From positions 2,144,001 through 2,208,000 of the forward strand of contig CAWIIQ010000001.1 of NCBI GenBank assembly GCA_963836185.1: a DNA stretch of 64,000 nucleotides, written 5' to 3'. Shown here one piece after another: positions 9,936-20,204 of the stretch. This stretch comes from Candidatus Krumholzibacteriia bacterium. GTDB lineage: Bacteria; Krumholzibacteriota; Krumholzibacteriia; Krumholzibacteriales; Krumholzibacteriaceae. The notes under the pieces were generated by a model. That model saw nothing but the letters and a program-made list of their open reading frames with translations, made no database searches and was not told where the DNA came from. The translations under genes and the position numbers were made by a program. Position 1 is the first letter of the stretch, and each line of letters begins with the position of its first letter.

Positions 9936-12448
9936 TTCTGCCCGGCAGGACCGGTAGTATCAGGCGGTTCTCCAATACCGAACTCTTTGTAAAGGACCTG
10001 ATCGAAATTATTGAGCAACTGGCGGAATTCCTTGTCTCCCGGATGTTTCGCGAGCCAGGATTCGACAAATGACTTCGCATCCTCGCTCCTGCCCATACTG
10101 GCCGATATATAGAAGCCGGTGGCGTAGATCTCCCTGTGGTCCGTAACGGCCTGGGTGCCCCTGCGAAGGACCTCCAGCGACTTTTCAGGATCATCGTTTT
10201 CCTCGTAGATCTTTGCCAGCGCCATCCATAGCTCTCCCCTGTGCGGCTCGGCACTGAGCAGCCGCTCGTAATGCTCGATACCCCGTTCGACCTGGCCCGT
10301 CCTGGCGTAATAAAGGCCGAGCACCCTGTTGGGGTATTCAAAATCCGGCTTGAGCCGGGATGTGAGCTCGGTCCATCTCAGGGCCTCTTCATAGTCCTTT
10401 CGCTGCGCGCTGAGCCGCGACATCTCCATCGATGCGACAGCGAAGTTCTGGAACATGCCCTGCGTATACTGTGACTTGTAGGTCCTGTCATCCCTCGTGC
10501 CGTCCGGATTCAGAATACCCCTGAACTCGAAGATCTCTTCGAAGTTGCGGCGAAGCATGAACTCGTTGGTCTGATATTTCCTTTTATTCGTGACGAGTTT
10601 GCGGACCATCCCCTGCATCTCGAGATATTCGGCGTAAGGCTGCCACGCATCACGAGGAACGGTGACGGCGAAGTAGACGGGCCGCTTCCAGCCCGCTTCC
10701 TGAATGATATGCTGGATCATCAGATCCTTCTTCCAGGCGACGCCGCCTCCCTTCAACGCCATTGGACGAAGCCTTCTTATCTCATCGTCGCTGTAAGATA
10801 TCGGCACGGGAGGCTTGCGGTCGCGAAGCTGCATCACGTACCAGTCAGTGTTAAGCAGCTGAAGGTTGGCGATATTGACGTCGGGCCTGAACCCCTCGAC
10901 CATCTGGATATACCACAGCGGGTATGTGTCGTTGTCCCCGTTGGTGAATATGACAGCGTCCGGTTCGAGCCCGGCCAGGATATTGTAGGCGTAATCCCTC
11001 GGAACATAGTCCTGTGAACGGTCGTGGCTGAACCACTGGTACCTCGCCGGCAGGATCGAGACGATCACCAGAACGGCCGCCACCGCGGCTGCCCACTTGA
11101 GCGCGTCCTTCGACTTCGCCCTGACCTCTTCTATCACGAGCATGACCAGCGATGTCGCCCCTATCCCGATGAATATCGAGAAGTAGTAGAATGCGGCGCC
11201 GTAAAAATAGTCACGCTCGCGGACCTCGCTGTCGCTGAAGTTGAGGAATATGATCAGCCCGGCGGAGTTGAGCAGCAGAACGGTGAAGTTCAGGACCCAC
11301 GTCTTCTTCTCTCTCAGAAAGTTCGCCACGATACCCCATATCCCCAGCGTCAGGGGAACGATCACGCTCGCCACTCCGACGTTGAAGAAACCGAGGCGCA
11401 CATCGCCGAAGAGCCTGAACTGATCTGTAAAGTAGTTCCAGAAGTGCTGTATCTGGAAGAGCGGGGATGCCTTTCTCGCGAATATGTTGATCGGCGGGTA
11501 CTGCTCCCTGCGAAGGTGAGCGTACATCGCGTCCCAGTTCTGAGGGTCGACCATGTCGATCGCGGGGTCGTGAAAAGACCGTATGAACATGAAGAGATGA
11601 ACGGAGATGCCGAGGATAAAGAGAAGCGCCGCGTACAGCGCGAACCTGCCCTTCGACATCGTCGTCCACACCAGAAGCACCCCGAATATCGCGAACCCCA
11701 CCAGGGTCAGGGTCGTATTACGGTGAAGCGTCATGTCTGCGAGGATCACCGCCATCCCGAACGTGATGACAAGAAGCTCGAAATTGCTGAACGACTTCCT
11801 GTTTACCATCAGGATCATCAGGAAGATCCCGCCGTAGACCAGTATCGTCCCCAGATGAAAACCTATCCCCAGAGAAAGCAGGTAGATGATCAGAAGGACG
11901 AAGCCGCGCGAACGTTCCGGCTGAGCGGCATCGATGCCTCCGACAGAACTCTCATCGGAATGTGACCTCAGCCATCTGAGTGCGAGAAGGGTGCAGAGCC
12001 CCATGACAAACGCACTGAGAGCATAGACCTCCGCCTCGATCGCATCCGTCCAGTAAGTGTCGCTGAATGTCAGGAAAAAAGCGCCGACGATGCCGCCGGC
12101 GTGGGTGGCGATCTTCGCCGCCGCAGTCTTCGCCGCACCGAACATCAGGCGGGCGACTTCGACGATGATCAGGTAGACCATCGTGACTCCGAGCGCCGCC
12201 GTAAATGCCGAGAGAAGATTGACCCTCTGCGCCACGGACAGGGCCACGGGCAGCATCGCGAAGACCCGCCCCACGAGGACGTACATCGGCGTGCCCGGGG
12301 AATGGGGTATCCCGAGGATATATGAGACGGCGATGAACTCGCCGGCGTCCCAGAAAGAGACGGTGGCCGCCATCGTCATGATGTAGACGACAAGGCTCGT
12401 TAGGAATATCACTGCCGCTGAAAGATTCTTGATCGCCCTGTCGGACAT
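9932..12448 (-). CDS. DUF2723/TMEM260-like GT-C protein with C-terminal TPRs, paralog B
   Basis: Same motifs as paralog A; N-terminal ~530 aa almost identical, TPR region divergent. Confidence 0.88.
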   Translation of the reverse strand: MSDRAIKNLSAAVIFLTSLVVYIMTMAATVSFWDAGEFIAVSYILGIPHSPGTPMYVLVGRVFAMLPVALSVAQRVNLLSAFTAALGVTMVYLIIVEVARLMFGAAKTAAAKIATHAGGIVGAFFLTFSDTYWTDAIEAEVYALSAFVMGLCTLLALRWLRSHSDESSVGGIDAAQPERSRGFVLLIIYLLSLGIGFHLGTILVYGGIFLMILMVNRKSFSNFELLVITFGMAVILADMTLHRNTTLTLVGFAIFGVLLVWTTMSKGRFALYAALLFILGISVHLFMFIRSFHDPAIDMVDPQNWDAMYAHLRREQYPPINIFARKASPLFQIQHFWNYFTDQFRLFGDVRLGFFNVGVASVIVPLTLGIWGIVANFLREKKTWVLNFTVLLLNSAGLIIFLNFSDSEVRERDYFYGAAFYYFSIFIGIGATSLVMLVIEEVRAKSKDALKWAAAVAAVLVIVSILPARYQWFSHDRSQDYVPRDYAYNILAGLEPDAVIFTNGDNDTYPLWYIQMVEGFRPDVNIANLQLLNTDWYVMQLRDRKPPVPISYSDDEIRRLRPMALKGGGVAWKKDLMIQHIIQEAGWKRPVYFAVTVPRDAWQPYAEYLEMQGMVRKLVTNKRKYQTNEFMLRRNFEEIFEFRGILNPDGTRDDRTYKSQYTQGMFQNFAVASMEMSRLSAQRKDYEEALRWTELTSRLKPDFEYPNRVLGLYYARTGQVERGIEHYERLLSAEPHRGELWMALAKIYEENDDPEKSLEVLRRGTQAVTDHREIYATGFYISASMGRSEDAKSFVESWLAKHPGDKEFRQLLNNFDQVLYKEFGIGEPPDTTGPAGQK
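10788..12418. repeat. Direct repeat copy 2 (coding region of paralog B)
   Basis: Matches copy 1 at offset 2580, changing to 2592 after a 12-nt longer divergent loop. Confidence 0.95.
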
Positions 12449-12487
12449 TCTCTCTACCTTTCTATTCTATTCGTCACGTATTCGTAT

Positions 12488-13480
12488 TTATACTCCGGAA
12501 TCGGTATCTTTATCCATCGAAATCGCCCCTGTGATCTGGCGCCTCAGGAAAATGACTCCGCCGATCAGGCTGACCCCCACCATGACGACGTAAGTGATGA
12601 ACTCCATCAGGAAAGCTTCTTCCTCGCTGAATCCTATCCTCGTAAAGAGCAGAACGCCCGCGCCCTCTCTCAGGCCGAGGCCGTTGATCGAGATCGGGAG
12701 CATCATTATCAGGCCCAGAAGGGGAATGAAAACGAAGAAATGCAGCATCTCACGAGTCCCGGGATGTATCCCGAGCGCCATCGCTACAGCGATATGGGTC
12801 GTTATCCTCAATACCTGTATTGTCAACGTGAGGGCTATCACCCTCCCGAGAAGTGCAGGAAAGGAACGAAACGAGCCGAGATGGCTGAGGACCAATTCCA
12901 GCCTCTCCCCTATCCCCCACAGCCTGATGCGCGAAAGCATCCTTCTCACCGGAGTCGAGATCCTCCTGCTCAATGCCAGCGCCAGGACCGGAGCGACACA
13001 ACCGGCGAAGATGAGCGCGTAGATGCCGATATCCATCGAGCCGCCTGACAGGAGAAGGTAGAGTGAGGCGGCCAGCGCGAGGATGCAGAGGCCGGTTATC
13101 CCGATGACCCGGTCGAGGAGTGTTATCGCGAAGACCTTGTGAGGATCGTATCCGGTGCGGACCACGTCATAGATCTTGTATGCGTCGCCGCCGACATTGG
13201 TCGGCAGAAGGTTATTGAAAAAGAGCCCCGTGAAATAGAGGCTGAAACTTCTCGAGACAGGCATCCGCACACCGCCGACGGACAGGAGAAGGTGCCACTG
13301 CAGCGCGCCCAGCAGATTGCTTGTGAGGAATATCGCCACAGCGGCGGCTATCCACACGGTCTCGATGTTCCCGAGCTGTTCGAGCAGCCTGCCCGGAGAT
13401 ATCCGGTAGAGCAGGATCGCGATCAACCCGACACTGACCGAGATCTTCAGCAGCTGCAGCCCGGCGCGCTTCTTATCCAC
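12488..13480 (-). CDS. Lysylphosphatidylglycerol synthase TM-region (UPF0104) flippase-like membrane protein
   Basis: LKISVSVGLI, FFNNLLPTNVGGD, LLDRVIG, LPISINGLGLREG; GTG start at 13480. Confidence 0.85.
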   Translation of the reverse strand: MDKKRAGLQLLKISVSVGLIAILLYRISPGRLLEQLGNIETVWIAAAVAIFLTSNLLGALQWHLLLSVGGVRMPVSRSFSLYFTGLFFNNLLPTNVGGDAYKIYDVVRTGYDPHKVFAITLLDRVIGITGLCILALAASLYLLLSGGSMDIGIYALIFAGCVAPVLALALSRRISTPVRRMLSRIRLWGIGERLELVLSHLGSFRSFPALLGRVIALTLTIQVLRITTHIAVAMALGIHPGTREMLHFFVFIPLLGLIMMLPISINGLGLREGAGVLLFTRIGFSEEEAFLMEFITYVVMVGVSLIGGVIFLRRQITGAISMDKDTDSGV

Positions 13481-14600
13481 CCGAGCTCCCCTCTTCCCCC
13501 CCGATGACGGAAAGCAGGAACTGCTCCGTCTCGCGGGCACATCTCTCCCAGGTAAGCTCGCCCGTCCTCTCGATCGCCGCCGCGCTCATTCTGCTCCAGA
13601 GGTCATTGTCGAGAAGCAGCCTGACGGCATTTTCGCCGAAGGCAACGGCATCGCCGTAAGGAACGAGAAAACCGGTGACCCCGTCGACGACAGAATCCTT
13701 CAGACCGGGCCGATCGCTCGCGACTACGGGGACGCCGCATGCGTTCGCCTCGACCACTGTCAGGCCCCAGCCCTCCTTGGGACTGGGATTGAAGAGCAGG
13801 TGGGACCTGCCCAGCATCTCGACCAGCTCGGTTCCGCTCAGGTAGCCCGTGAATTCGATCGCATCTCCCAGGCCGAGCCCGGCGGCGTACTTTTCAAGCT
13901 CCGGGCGGTACGGCCCGTCGCCCACTATGACAAGTCTTGCGTCGGGAACGCTCTTAAGGACCGTCTCCATCGCCTTCATGGCTACCTCGACGCTCTTGTA
14001 TTTTCTGAGCCGGCCGAGGTGGACGATCGTAGGACGCTCGTATCTCTCGAGACCGAGATCGCGGTACCTGTCATGGTCGAGCCCGCAAAGTATGACCCCT
14101 ATACGGCCGGCGGGGATCCCCCGGGCGACGAGGTCGTCACGGGTGCTCGGGCTTATGACCATGAACCTGTTCTTCTTGAAGACGTGCGGTATCAGTTTCT
14201 CCGCCGTCACGACGTAGCTCCCAGTCACCCAGTCGGCCTCGCGGAATACCGTGGTGCCGAACAGATGCGGGATCACAGGGACGACGGGAACCTTCGTATA
14301 GAGAGGCATGAAGAATGGAAGCTTGTTTATGTCCTCGATCACTACATCGTAACTTTCCTTCTTCATATGCCGCTTCGCGAAAAGAGGGAGCGTGAAGTTC
14401 GCGTCGAACCAGTGTCCATGGCGCAGGATCCTGACTCCGTCTATCTCATCGGTCGCGGCGCCTCCTGGAAATCCCGAAGACAGCTGGGTAGTCTCGTGTC
14501 CCCAGCGGGCAAGATGGGTGAGTATCTCGTGAAGATGGACCTCGGCCCCTCCTGCCTCAGGATGGTGCATATCTCTCCAGTTAAGAGCGAGGATCTTCAT
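13473..14600 (-). CDS. Glycosyltransferase family 4
   Basis: NWRDMHHPEAGGAEVH, LGRLRKYK, PSPKEGWGLTVVEANACG. Confidence 0.9.
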   Translation of the reverse strand: MKILALNWRDMHHPEAGGAEVHLHEILTHLARWGHETTQLSSGFPGGAATDEIDGVRILRHGHWFDANFTLPLFAKRHMKKESYDVVIEDINKLPFFMPLYTKVPVVPVIPHLFGTTVFREADWVTGSYVVTAEKLIPHVFKKNRFMVISPSTRDDLVARGIPAGRIGVILCGLDHDRYRDLGLERYERPTIVHLGRLRKYKSVEVAMKAMETVLKSVPDARLVIVGDGPYRPELEKYAAGLGLGDAIEFTGYLSGTELVEMLGRSHLLFNPSPKEGWGLTVVEANACGVPVVASDRPGLKDSVVDGVTGFLVPYGDAVAFGENAVRLLLDNDLWSRMSAAAIERTGELTWERCARETEQFLLSVIGGEEGSSGG

Positions 14601-14610
14601 CGGCCTTTCC

Positions 14611-15369
14611 TCAGTCCTTTCTCGCTATCGTTCCTATGACGACTGTCGTATAGAGCACCGGCCTCGCCGAGAGGAGCGCGGAGCGCAGACCGGCAAAAAT
14701 CTTTCTTGTCGATGTGAAGACTCGCGGGTACATCGGGAGCTTCGCGCCTGTTCCTTTCCTCAATATCCTGTACCAGATCGGCGGATTGAGCCATTCGCCG
14801 TATGTCCCGACAACCGTGAAAGAATGCCCACGGAGCATCTTCTCGAGTTCGCGAGGGGAGAATTCCGTCTCCCAGCCGGCGAACCACTTTCCCGCCGCTA
14901 TCATCGCGTGCTTAAGCGCAGTGTAGTAATGCCACCGCTGCGGGACATCTACGAGTATATGCCCGCCCTTTTTAAGGACTCTGTGATGCTCCGCCAGCAT
15001 ATCACCGGGATTGCGAAAATGCTCCAGGAGCCCCTGGTGGAAGACGAGGTCGAATGTGCCGTCAGCGAAAGGAAGCGAGAAGGCATCGCCGCAGCACAGG
15101 TCGACAGCGGCACCCTCGGGAATCTGGCTCCTGACCATCCCGAGACTCGGCATGCTGTAGTCCAGCGATACGACCGACGCTCCCTGCGAGGCCATGAAGA
15201 TCCCGTCCCTGCCCGTGCCGGCGCCGACCTCGAGGACCCTGAGCCCCTCGAGGGGCCTGACCTCGATGTAGTGCCTGCTCACGCGGCCCTCGTTATCATA
15301 GATCTCAAGCGCGTCGCCCGACACATTCCAGAAATCGTCCCAGTGTTTTCTCTCGGATACCTTCATCAT
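14611..15369 (-). CDS. Class I SAM-dependent methyltransferase
   Basis: VLEVGAGTG, GDAFSLPFADGTFDLVF, LLEH, RVLKKGG. Confidence 0.88.
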   Translation of the reverse strand: MMKVSERKHWDDFWNVSGDALEIYDNEGRVSRHYIEVRPLEGLRVLEVGAGTGRDGIFMASQGASVVSLDYSMPSLGMVRSQIPEGAAVDLCCGDAFSLPFADGTFDLVFHQGLLEHFRNPGDMLAEHHRVLKKGGHILVDVPQRWHYYTALKHAMIAAGKWFAGWETEFSPRELEKMLRGHSFTVVGTYGEWLNPPIWYRILRKGTGAKLPMYPRVFTSTRKIFAGLRSALLSARPVLYTTVVIGTIARKD

Positions 15370-15373
15370 ATTA

Positions 15374-16105
15374 TCAGCGGCCTCTGAACAGGCGCTCTGC
15401 GAACCTCACAGGCAGCCCGGCATCTCTGATATCCTTCGCTTCGGCCTCGATATCGTACTCGCGCCGGTGAAGGGTGACGGTCTTATCATCCAGGTCGAAT
15501 ATCAGGAAGGACGCGCGTTTATCGCCGTCCCTCGGCTGCCCGACACTGCCAGGATTAATGATATAGCGGCCTGAAGGGTCCAGGGCGAAGGTTTCGCCCG
15601 GCTTGAGACTCTTCGGGCCGCCAATATAAGTATACACCAAAGGGACATGCGTGTGCCCTACAAAACAGACCGAAAAATCAAACTTCTGGAACGCTTTCTC
15701 GGCGATCAGAAGGTCGGTCATATAGGTAAATTCCTCTGGATAATGGGGAGATCCGTGGGCGGCGAGGTACTCGTCGCACTCGACGGTCAGCTCGAACCTT
15801 TCTGAGAAGGACTCGTTATACTTCCCCGCCAGCCTGTTGACCGTCCACTCCAGGGCCGTGAAGGCGTCCGTGTTGAAGGTCTTCCTCTCGCTCAGGTCTC
15901 GGACAGCCTTGTCATGGTTCCCCATGACCAGGCGCCCTCCTGGAACAGCGAGCAGCCTGTCGAGGCACTCGCCCGGGTGGGCGCCGTACCCGACGGCGTC
16001 CCCGAGAAAGAGGAACCTGCACGGGCAATGCTCCGTGTAAGCTGCCAGAACGGCGTCGAGAGCCCTCAGGTTACCGTGTACGTCGGAGCAGACGAAGAGC
16101 TTCAC
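15374..16105 (-). CDS. Metallophosphoesterase (calcineurin-like)
   Basis: SDVHGN, LGDAVGYG, GNHD, HGSP, GHTH, NPGSVGQPRDGD; GTG start overlapping nusB stop. Confidence 0.88.
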   Translation of the reverse strand: MKLFVCSDVHGNLRALDAVLAAYTEHCPCRFLFLGDAVGYGAHPGECLDRLLAVPGGRLVMGNHDKAVRDLSERKTFNTDAFTALEWTVNRLAGKYNESFSERFELTVECDEYLAAHGSPHYPEEFTYMTDLLIAEKAFQKFDFSVCFVGHTHVPLVYTYIGGPKSLKPGETFALDPSGRYIINPGSVGQPRDGDKRASFLIFDLDDKTVTLHRREYDIEAEAKDIRDAGLPVRFAERLFRGR

Positions 16106-16512
16106 CCGCCGCGCACCTCCTTGGACAGCTTGTCGAGGATCCCGTTTACGAACGACCCGGCCTTTTCCGAGCTGAACTTGTGAGCTATCTCTATCGCCTC
16201 GTCGATTATCACCCCCGTGGGTACTTCGGGGCACTCGAGCAGCTCGTAGAGGGCTATCTCCATGATGATCCTGTCGACGACCGCCACCCGCTTCAGCTCC
16301 CAGTTCTCGAGGTTGGAAGAGATCATGCCGTCGAGCCGTTCGCGAGAATCCGAGACCCCGCTCACGAGCCTGCCGGCATACTCGGACGCTTCCTCTGACG
16401 GCCCCCTGCGCCTGACCGAATCGGCCAGGGCGTCCTCCCATTCCGCCTCGCCGATCTCGGCGGCGTACAGGGTCTGGAGGGCCATCTCTCTTGCCTTTCT
16501 GCGTCTGCTCAT
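16102..16512 (-). CDS. nusB: Transcription antitermination factor NusB
   Basis: RRKAREMALQ, DRIIM, IDEAIEIAHKFS, FVNGILD; follows ribH. Confidence 0.95.
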   Translation of the reverse strand: MSRRRKAREMALQTLYAAEIGEAEWEDALADSVRRRGPSEEASEYAGRLVSGVSDSRERLDGMISSNLENWELKRVAVVDRIIMEIALYELLECPEVPTGVIIDEAIEIAHKFSSEKAGSFVNGILDKLSKEVRGG

Positions 16513-16979
16513 CAGCCTCCGATCTCTTTCCAGAGACTGACCATCTCGATGGCGGACATTGCCGCCTGCCAGCCCTTGTTTCCGGCCTTGCTTCCGGCGC
16601 GCTCAAGCGCCTGTTCCTGTGTATCGGACGTAATTATACCGAAGGCGACAGGCTTGCCGGTACCGACCCCGATCGCCGATATGTCCTTGACCACCTGGCT
16701 GGCCAGAATATCGAAGTGAGGCGTGTCGCCCCTGATCAGTGCCCCTACGCAGACGACAGCGTCGACACCCGTCGCGGCTGCCTTGCTGACCGCCTGCGGG
16801 ATCTCGAAAGAACCCGGCACCCGATACAGCGTGATATCTCCGTCTGACACGCCGTGGCGCACGAGACAGTCGAGAGCGCCCCCGATCAGAGATTCGGTCA
16901 CCAGCTCATTGAACCTGCCCGCCACAACGGCGAACTTCATGCCTGTACCTATGAGTTTCCCTGCCTTCTCAACAGCCAT
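16512..16979 (-). CDS. ribH: 6,7-dimethyl-8-ribityllumazine synthase
   Basis: [35 protein letters not shown]. Confidence 0.95.
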   Translation of the reverse strand: MAVEKAGKLIGTGMKFAVVAGRFNELVTESLIGGALDCLVRHGVSDGDITLYRVPGSFEIPQAVSKAAATGVDAVVCVGALIRGDTPHFDILASQVVKDISAIGVGTGKPVAFGIITSDTQEQALERAGSKAGNKGWQAAMSAIEMVSLWKEIGG

Positions 16980-18255
16980 CCTTCTCTCCTTTCGCTTTCG
17001 ATCCGCAATTACAGCCGCAGCAGCCTTCATCCTTCCGGACCTCTTCGCGCAGCTCGCCGAAGAGATGTCCGAGCTTGTCCCTCTTTGTCGACATATACCT
17101 TACGTTCTTCAGGTTGGGCGTGATCTCGATCGGCATCCTCTCGACGACCTCGAGTCCGTATGCCTTCAGACCGATGATCTTTCTCGGGTTGTTGGTCAGT
17201 AGCCTGATCTTGTGCAGGCCGATATCGACGAGTATCTGGGCCCCTATCCCGTAGTCGCGCAGGTCGGCGGGGAACCCGAGTTCCTCGTTCGCCTCTACCG
17301 TATCCCTTCCCTTGTCCTGAAGCTCGTATGCCCTGACCTTGTTTACGAGCCCGATCCCGCGTCCCTCCTGCTGGATGTAGAGGAAGACTCCGGAACCCTC
17401 CTCGCATATCTGTTCGAGCGCGCTGGAGAGCTGATCGCCGCAGTCGCAGCGCTGTGATCCGAAGACGTCGCCTGTAAGGCACTGGGAATGGACGCGCACC
17501 AGGGCGCTTTCATCCTTCCACGGCTCACCCTTGATCAGCGCGACGCTCTCCGAGCCGTCGACCGTTCCCTCGTAGGCGATCAGGCGGAAATTGCCGTATT
17601 TCGTAGGAAGTTCGGCCTCAGCTTCGCGCCTGACGAGCTTTTCCTTCCTGCGCCTGTACTCGATCAGGTCGAATACCGTGATCATCTTCAGGCCCCACTG
17701 CTTCGCGAAGGTCGTGAGCTCCGGCCCCCTGGCCATCGTGCCGTCCTCGGCGAGGATCTCGCAGAGCAGGCCTGCCGGTTCGAGCCCGGCCATCCTTGAA
17801 AGGTCTACCGCCGCCTCGGTATGCCCCGCTCTGCGAAGGACCCCTCCGCGCGCGGCGCGTAGCGGAAAGATATGGCCCGGGCGGGCGAGGTCATCCGGCT
17901 CCGTCCGTTCATCAATGAGCACACGGACAGTCGTCGCCCTGTCGAAGGCCGATATCCCCGTCGTCGTGCCGTGCACGGCATCGACGGAGATGGTAAACGG
18001 CGTACTCATCTTTGCCGTGTTCTCCTGCACCATCATCCCGAGCTGAAGCCGATCGAGCCTTTCCCCCGTCAGGGCTACGCATATCAGGCCCCTTGCGTGC
18101 CTGGCGATGAAATTGACCGCCTCGGCATCGACCTTTTCCGCCGCCATGATTATGTCGCCCTCGTTCTCGCGTGTCTCGTCATCGACCACGACGATCATCT
18201 TTCCCGCCTTGATATCCGCGAGGGCCTCTTCTACAGTACTGAAATCCTTGACCAC
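16969..18255 (-). CDS. ribBA: Bifunctional DHBP synthase / GTP cyclohydrolase II
   Basis: [54 protein letters not shown]; true start GTG 18255. Confidence 0.95.
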   Translation of the reverse strand: MVKDFSTVEEALADIKAGKMIVVVDDETRENEGDIIMAAEKVDAEAVNFIARHARGLICVALTGERLDRLQLGMMVQENTAKMSTPFTISVDAVHGTTTGISAFDRATTVRVLIDERTEPDDLARPGHIFPLRAARGGVLRRAGHTEAAVDLSRMAGLEPAGLLCEILAEDGTMARGPELTTFAKQWGLKMITVFDLIEYRRRKEKLVRREAEAELPTKYGNFRLIAYEGTVDGSESVALIKGEPWKDESALVRVHSQCLTGDVFGSQRCDCGDQLSSALEQICEEGSGVFLYIQQEGRGIGLVNKVRAYELQDKGRDTVEANEELGFPADLRDYGIGAQILVDIGLHKIRLLTNNPRKIIGLKAYGLEVVERMPIEITPNLKNVRYMSTKRDKLGHLFGELREEVRKDEGCCGCNCGSKAKGEKDGC

Positions 18256-18281
18256 TTCACACCTCTCATGATGCCCCTCAG

Positions 18282-18869
18282 TCAGGCCTTTCCCGGCCCG
18301 GTGAACCTCTCCACGTATTTGGCCAGAATATCCACTTCTATGTTGACCCTGCTGCCCGGGCTGACCTTCCCGAGGGTAGTCGCTTCCCATGTCTGCGGTA
18401 TGATGAATACCTTGAACTTTCCGCCCGACGGGCCGGGCCCGATCGTCAGGCTTACGCCGTCGACCGCTACTGATCCCTTCGAGACGATGTACCTGCCGAG
18501 TTCCCTGCCGACATCGATCTCGATGCCGAGCGGGTCGCGGATCACGCGGGTAACCCTTCCGACGCCGTCGACATGGCCGTTGACGATATGTCCGCCCAGT
18601 CTTCCGCCAGCCTCGAGAGCCCGTTCGAGATTGACCGGCGAGCCAGCCCTGAGCTGCCCGAGTGTCGTGACGCGCAGCGTCTCGGTAAGGACGTCGCACG
18701 AGAAATCGCCGGACTTCAGCTGCGCCACTGTCTGACACGCGCCGTTTACCGATACGCTGTCACCGACAGACAGCCCCTCCAGGGGTGAAGCGATCGTGAG
18801 ACGGCCGCCTCGCGAGGACCTGCGCATCGACAACACCCTGCCGGTCGTCTCAATCAGCCCGGTGAACAT
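18282..18869 (-). CDS. ribE: Riboflavin synthase (alpha chain)
   Basis: [43 protein letters not shown]. Confidence 0.95.
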   Translation of the reverse strand: MFTGLIETTGRVLSMRRSSRGGRLTIASPLEGLSVGDSVSVNGACQTVAQLKSGDFSCDVLTETLRVTTLGQLRAGSPVNLERALEAGGRLGGHIVNGHVDGVGRVTRVIRDPLGIEIDVGRELGRYIVSKGSVAVDGVSLTIGPGPSGGKFKVFIIPQTWEATTLGKVSPGSRVNIEVDILAKYVERFTGPGKA

Positions 18870-19983
18870 CGGCGCCCTCCTTCGTGACCGCGTCAAGATA
18901 TCCGGAGACATGCTTCCTGTCGTATACCGTCATGATATCCCCGCCTATGACCTCGATATATGAAAGGTTCAGATCTCGCTGCGCCGGCGAAACGTCATCC
19001 TCGTACCATCCCATCTCTCCCGCTCCCGCTATCAGAGGCGAGTGAAAGAGGACGAGTCTGTCGGGGATGCCTGCCTTCATCATCGACGTCGCGATACGCG
19101 CTCCCCCTTCGACGATCACCGATGTGATCCCCCTCCCGGTGAGATCGCGCCGCCACGCCTCAAGATCGAGGCCGCCCTCGCCGAAAGGCAGCCTGGCGAC
19201 TTCCGCTCCCGCCGCCTCCAGTTCGCCGATCCTGTCGGCGCCGGCCTCTTCGGAGCAGTAGATTATCACTCTCTCGCCTCTTTCGAGCCAGGGATGCCCC
19301 GAAGGAAAGGTCAGGCCGGAATCAAAGACCATCCTTACAGGCGGATCGAGCGGCCGCTCGTATAGCCGCCTGTCGAGAGAGGGATCGTCCGCTCTCAGCG
19401 TACCCGATCCGACAGCTATCGCCTCGAGCTTCGCCCTGAGGCCGTGAACGCATTCGAGCGATCCTGAACATGTTATGTATTTCTCGTCACCGAGGGTGAT
19501 CTTTCCATCGAGCGTGACTGCGAGCTTGAGCAGCACGAAAGGTGAGCCGGAGATAGAGCGATGGATGTACGGAAGATTGAGCTCGAGGGTCTCTCTCGCC
19601 ATGACGCCGGTCTCCACCTCGATGCCGTTTTCCCTCATCTGCCGCGCTCCCCCGCCCCGTACCCGCTCGTCCGGGTCGAATATACCGAAGACGACGCGCG
19701 ATATCCCCGCTTCGATGATAGCGTCGGTACAGGGAGGCGTCCTGCCGTGATGACAGCACGGTTCGAGATTGAGATAGAGGTCGGCGCCCCTGGCCTTCTC
19801 CCCGGCTGCGGCGATCGCTTCTATCTCCGCGTGCGGCTTTCCCGCTCCTGCGTGGAAGCCCTCTCCAACTGTCTCGCCGCTGGAGACGATGACAGCTCCG
19901 ACGAGAGGATTCGGAAAGGTCAGGCCTGTGCCGCGGGCGGCCAGTTCGAGGGCCCTTTCCATATACTTACGGTCGTCGTTCAT
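18850..19983 (-). CDS. ribD: Riboflavin biosynthesis deaminase/reductase
   Basis: PNPLVGAV, PHAE, LEPCCHHGRTPPC, VEGGA. Confidence 0.95.
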   Translation of the reverse strand: MNDDRKYMERALELAARGTGLTFPNPLVGAVIVSSGETVGEGFHAGAGKPHAEIEAIAAAGEKARGADLYLNLEPCCHHGRTPPCTDAIIEAGISRVVFGIFDPDERVRGGGARQMRENGIEVETGVMARETLELNLPYIHRSISGSPFVLLKLAVTLDGKITLGDEKYITCSGSLECVHGLRAKLEAIAVGSGTLRADDPSLDRRLYERPLDPPVRMVFDSGLTFPSGHPWLERGERVIIYCSEEAGADRIGELEAAGAEVARLPFGEGGLDLEAWRRDLTGRGITSVIVEGGARIATSMMKAGIPDRLVLFHSPLIAGAGEMGWYEDDVSPAQRDLNLSYIEVIGGDIMTVYDRKHVSGYLDAVTKEGADVHRAD

Positions 19984-20081
19984 AGCGCGGACGCGCCTTC
20001 CTGCCTGCTGTACTATCGGGTAATAAGGGGAGAGGACGGACACGCACGGCGCGCACCCGCAGGGGGATCGTATCTCGAACC

Positions 20082-20200
20082 ACCTTCTCCCATCCAGACT
20101 GTAACTGTCGGCTCCGGAATTTCACCGGATCGGTGAGCCTTTCGGCCCATTCGCGGGCTTTGACCGCCGGTGGGGAATCTCACCCCGCCCCGAAGGTTGT
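20082..20200 (-). ncRNA. FMN riboswitch (RFN element)
   Basis: CTTCGGGGCGGGGTGAGATTCCCCACCGGCGGT...AGCCCGCGA...GATCCGGTGAAATTCCGGAGCCGACAGT...AGTCTGGATGGGAGAAG upstream of ribD. Confidence 0.97.
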
Positions 20201-20204
20201 AATT

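Noticed and set aside
8208-12418. Diversity-generating retroelement or mobile-element duplication
   Set aside because: Mismatches are not adenine-specific, and there is no reverse transcriptase, transposase or terminal repeat
16969-16977. RibBA ends Gly-Cys-TGA, resembling a GC-Sec motif
   Set aside because: These codons are dictated by the overlapping ribH start (ATG GCT GTT GAG)
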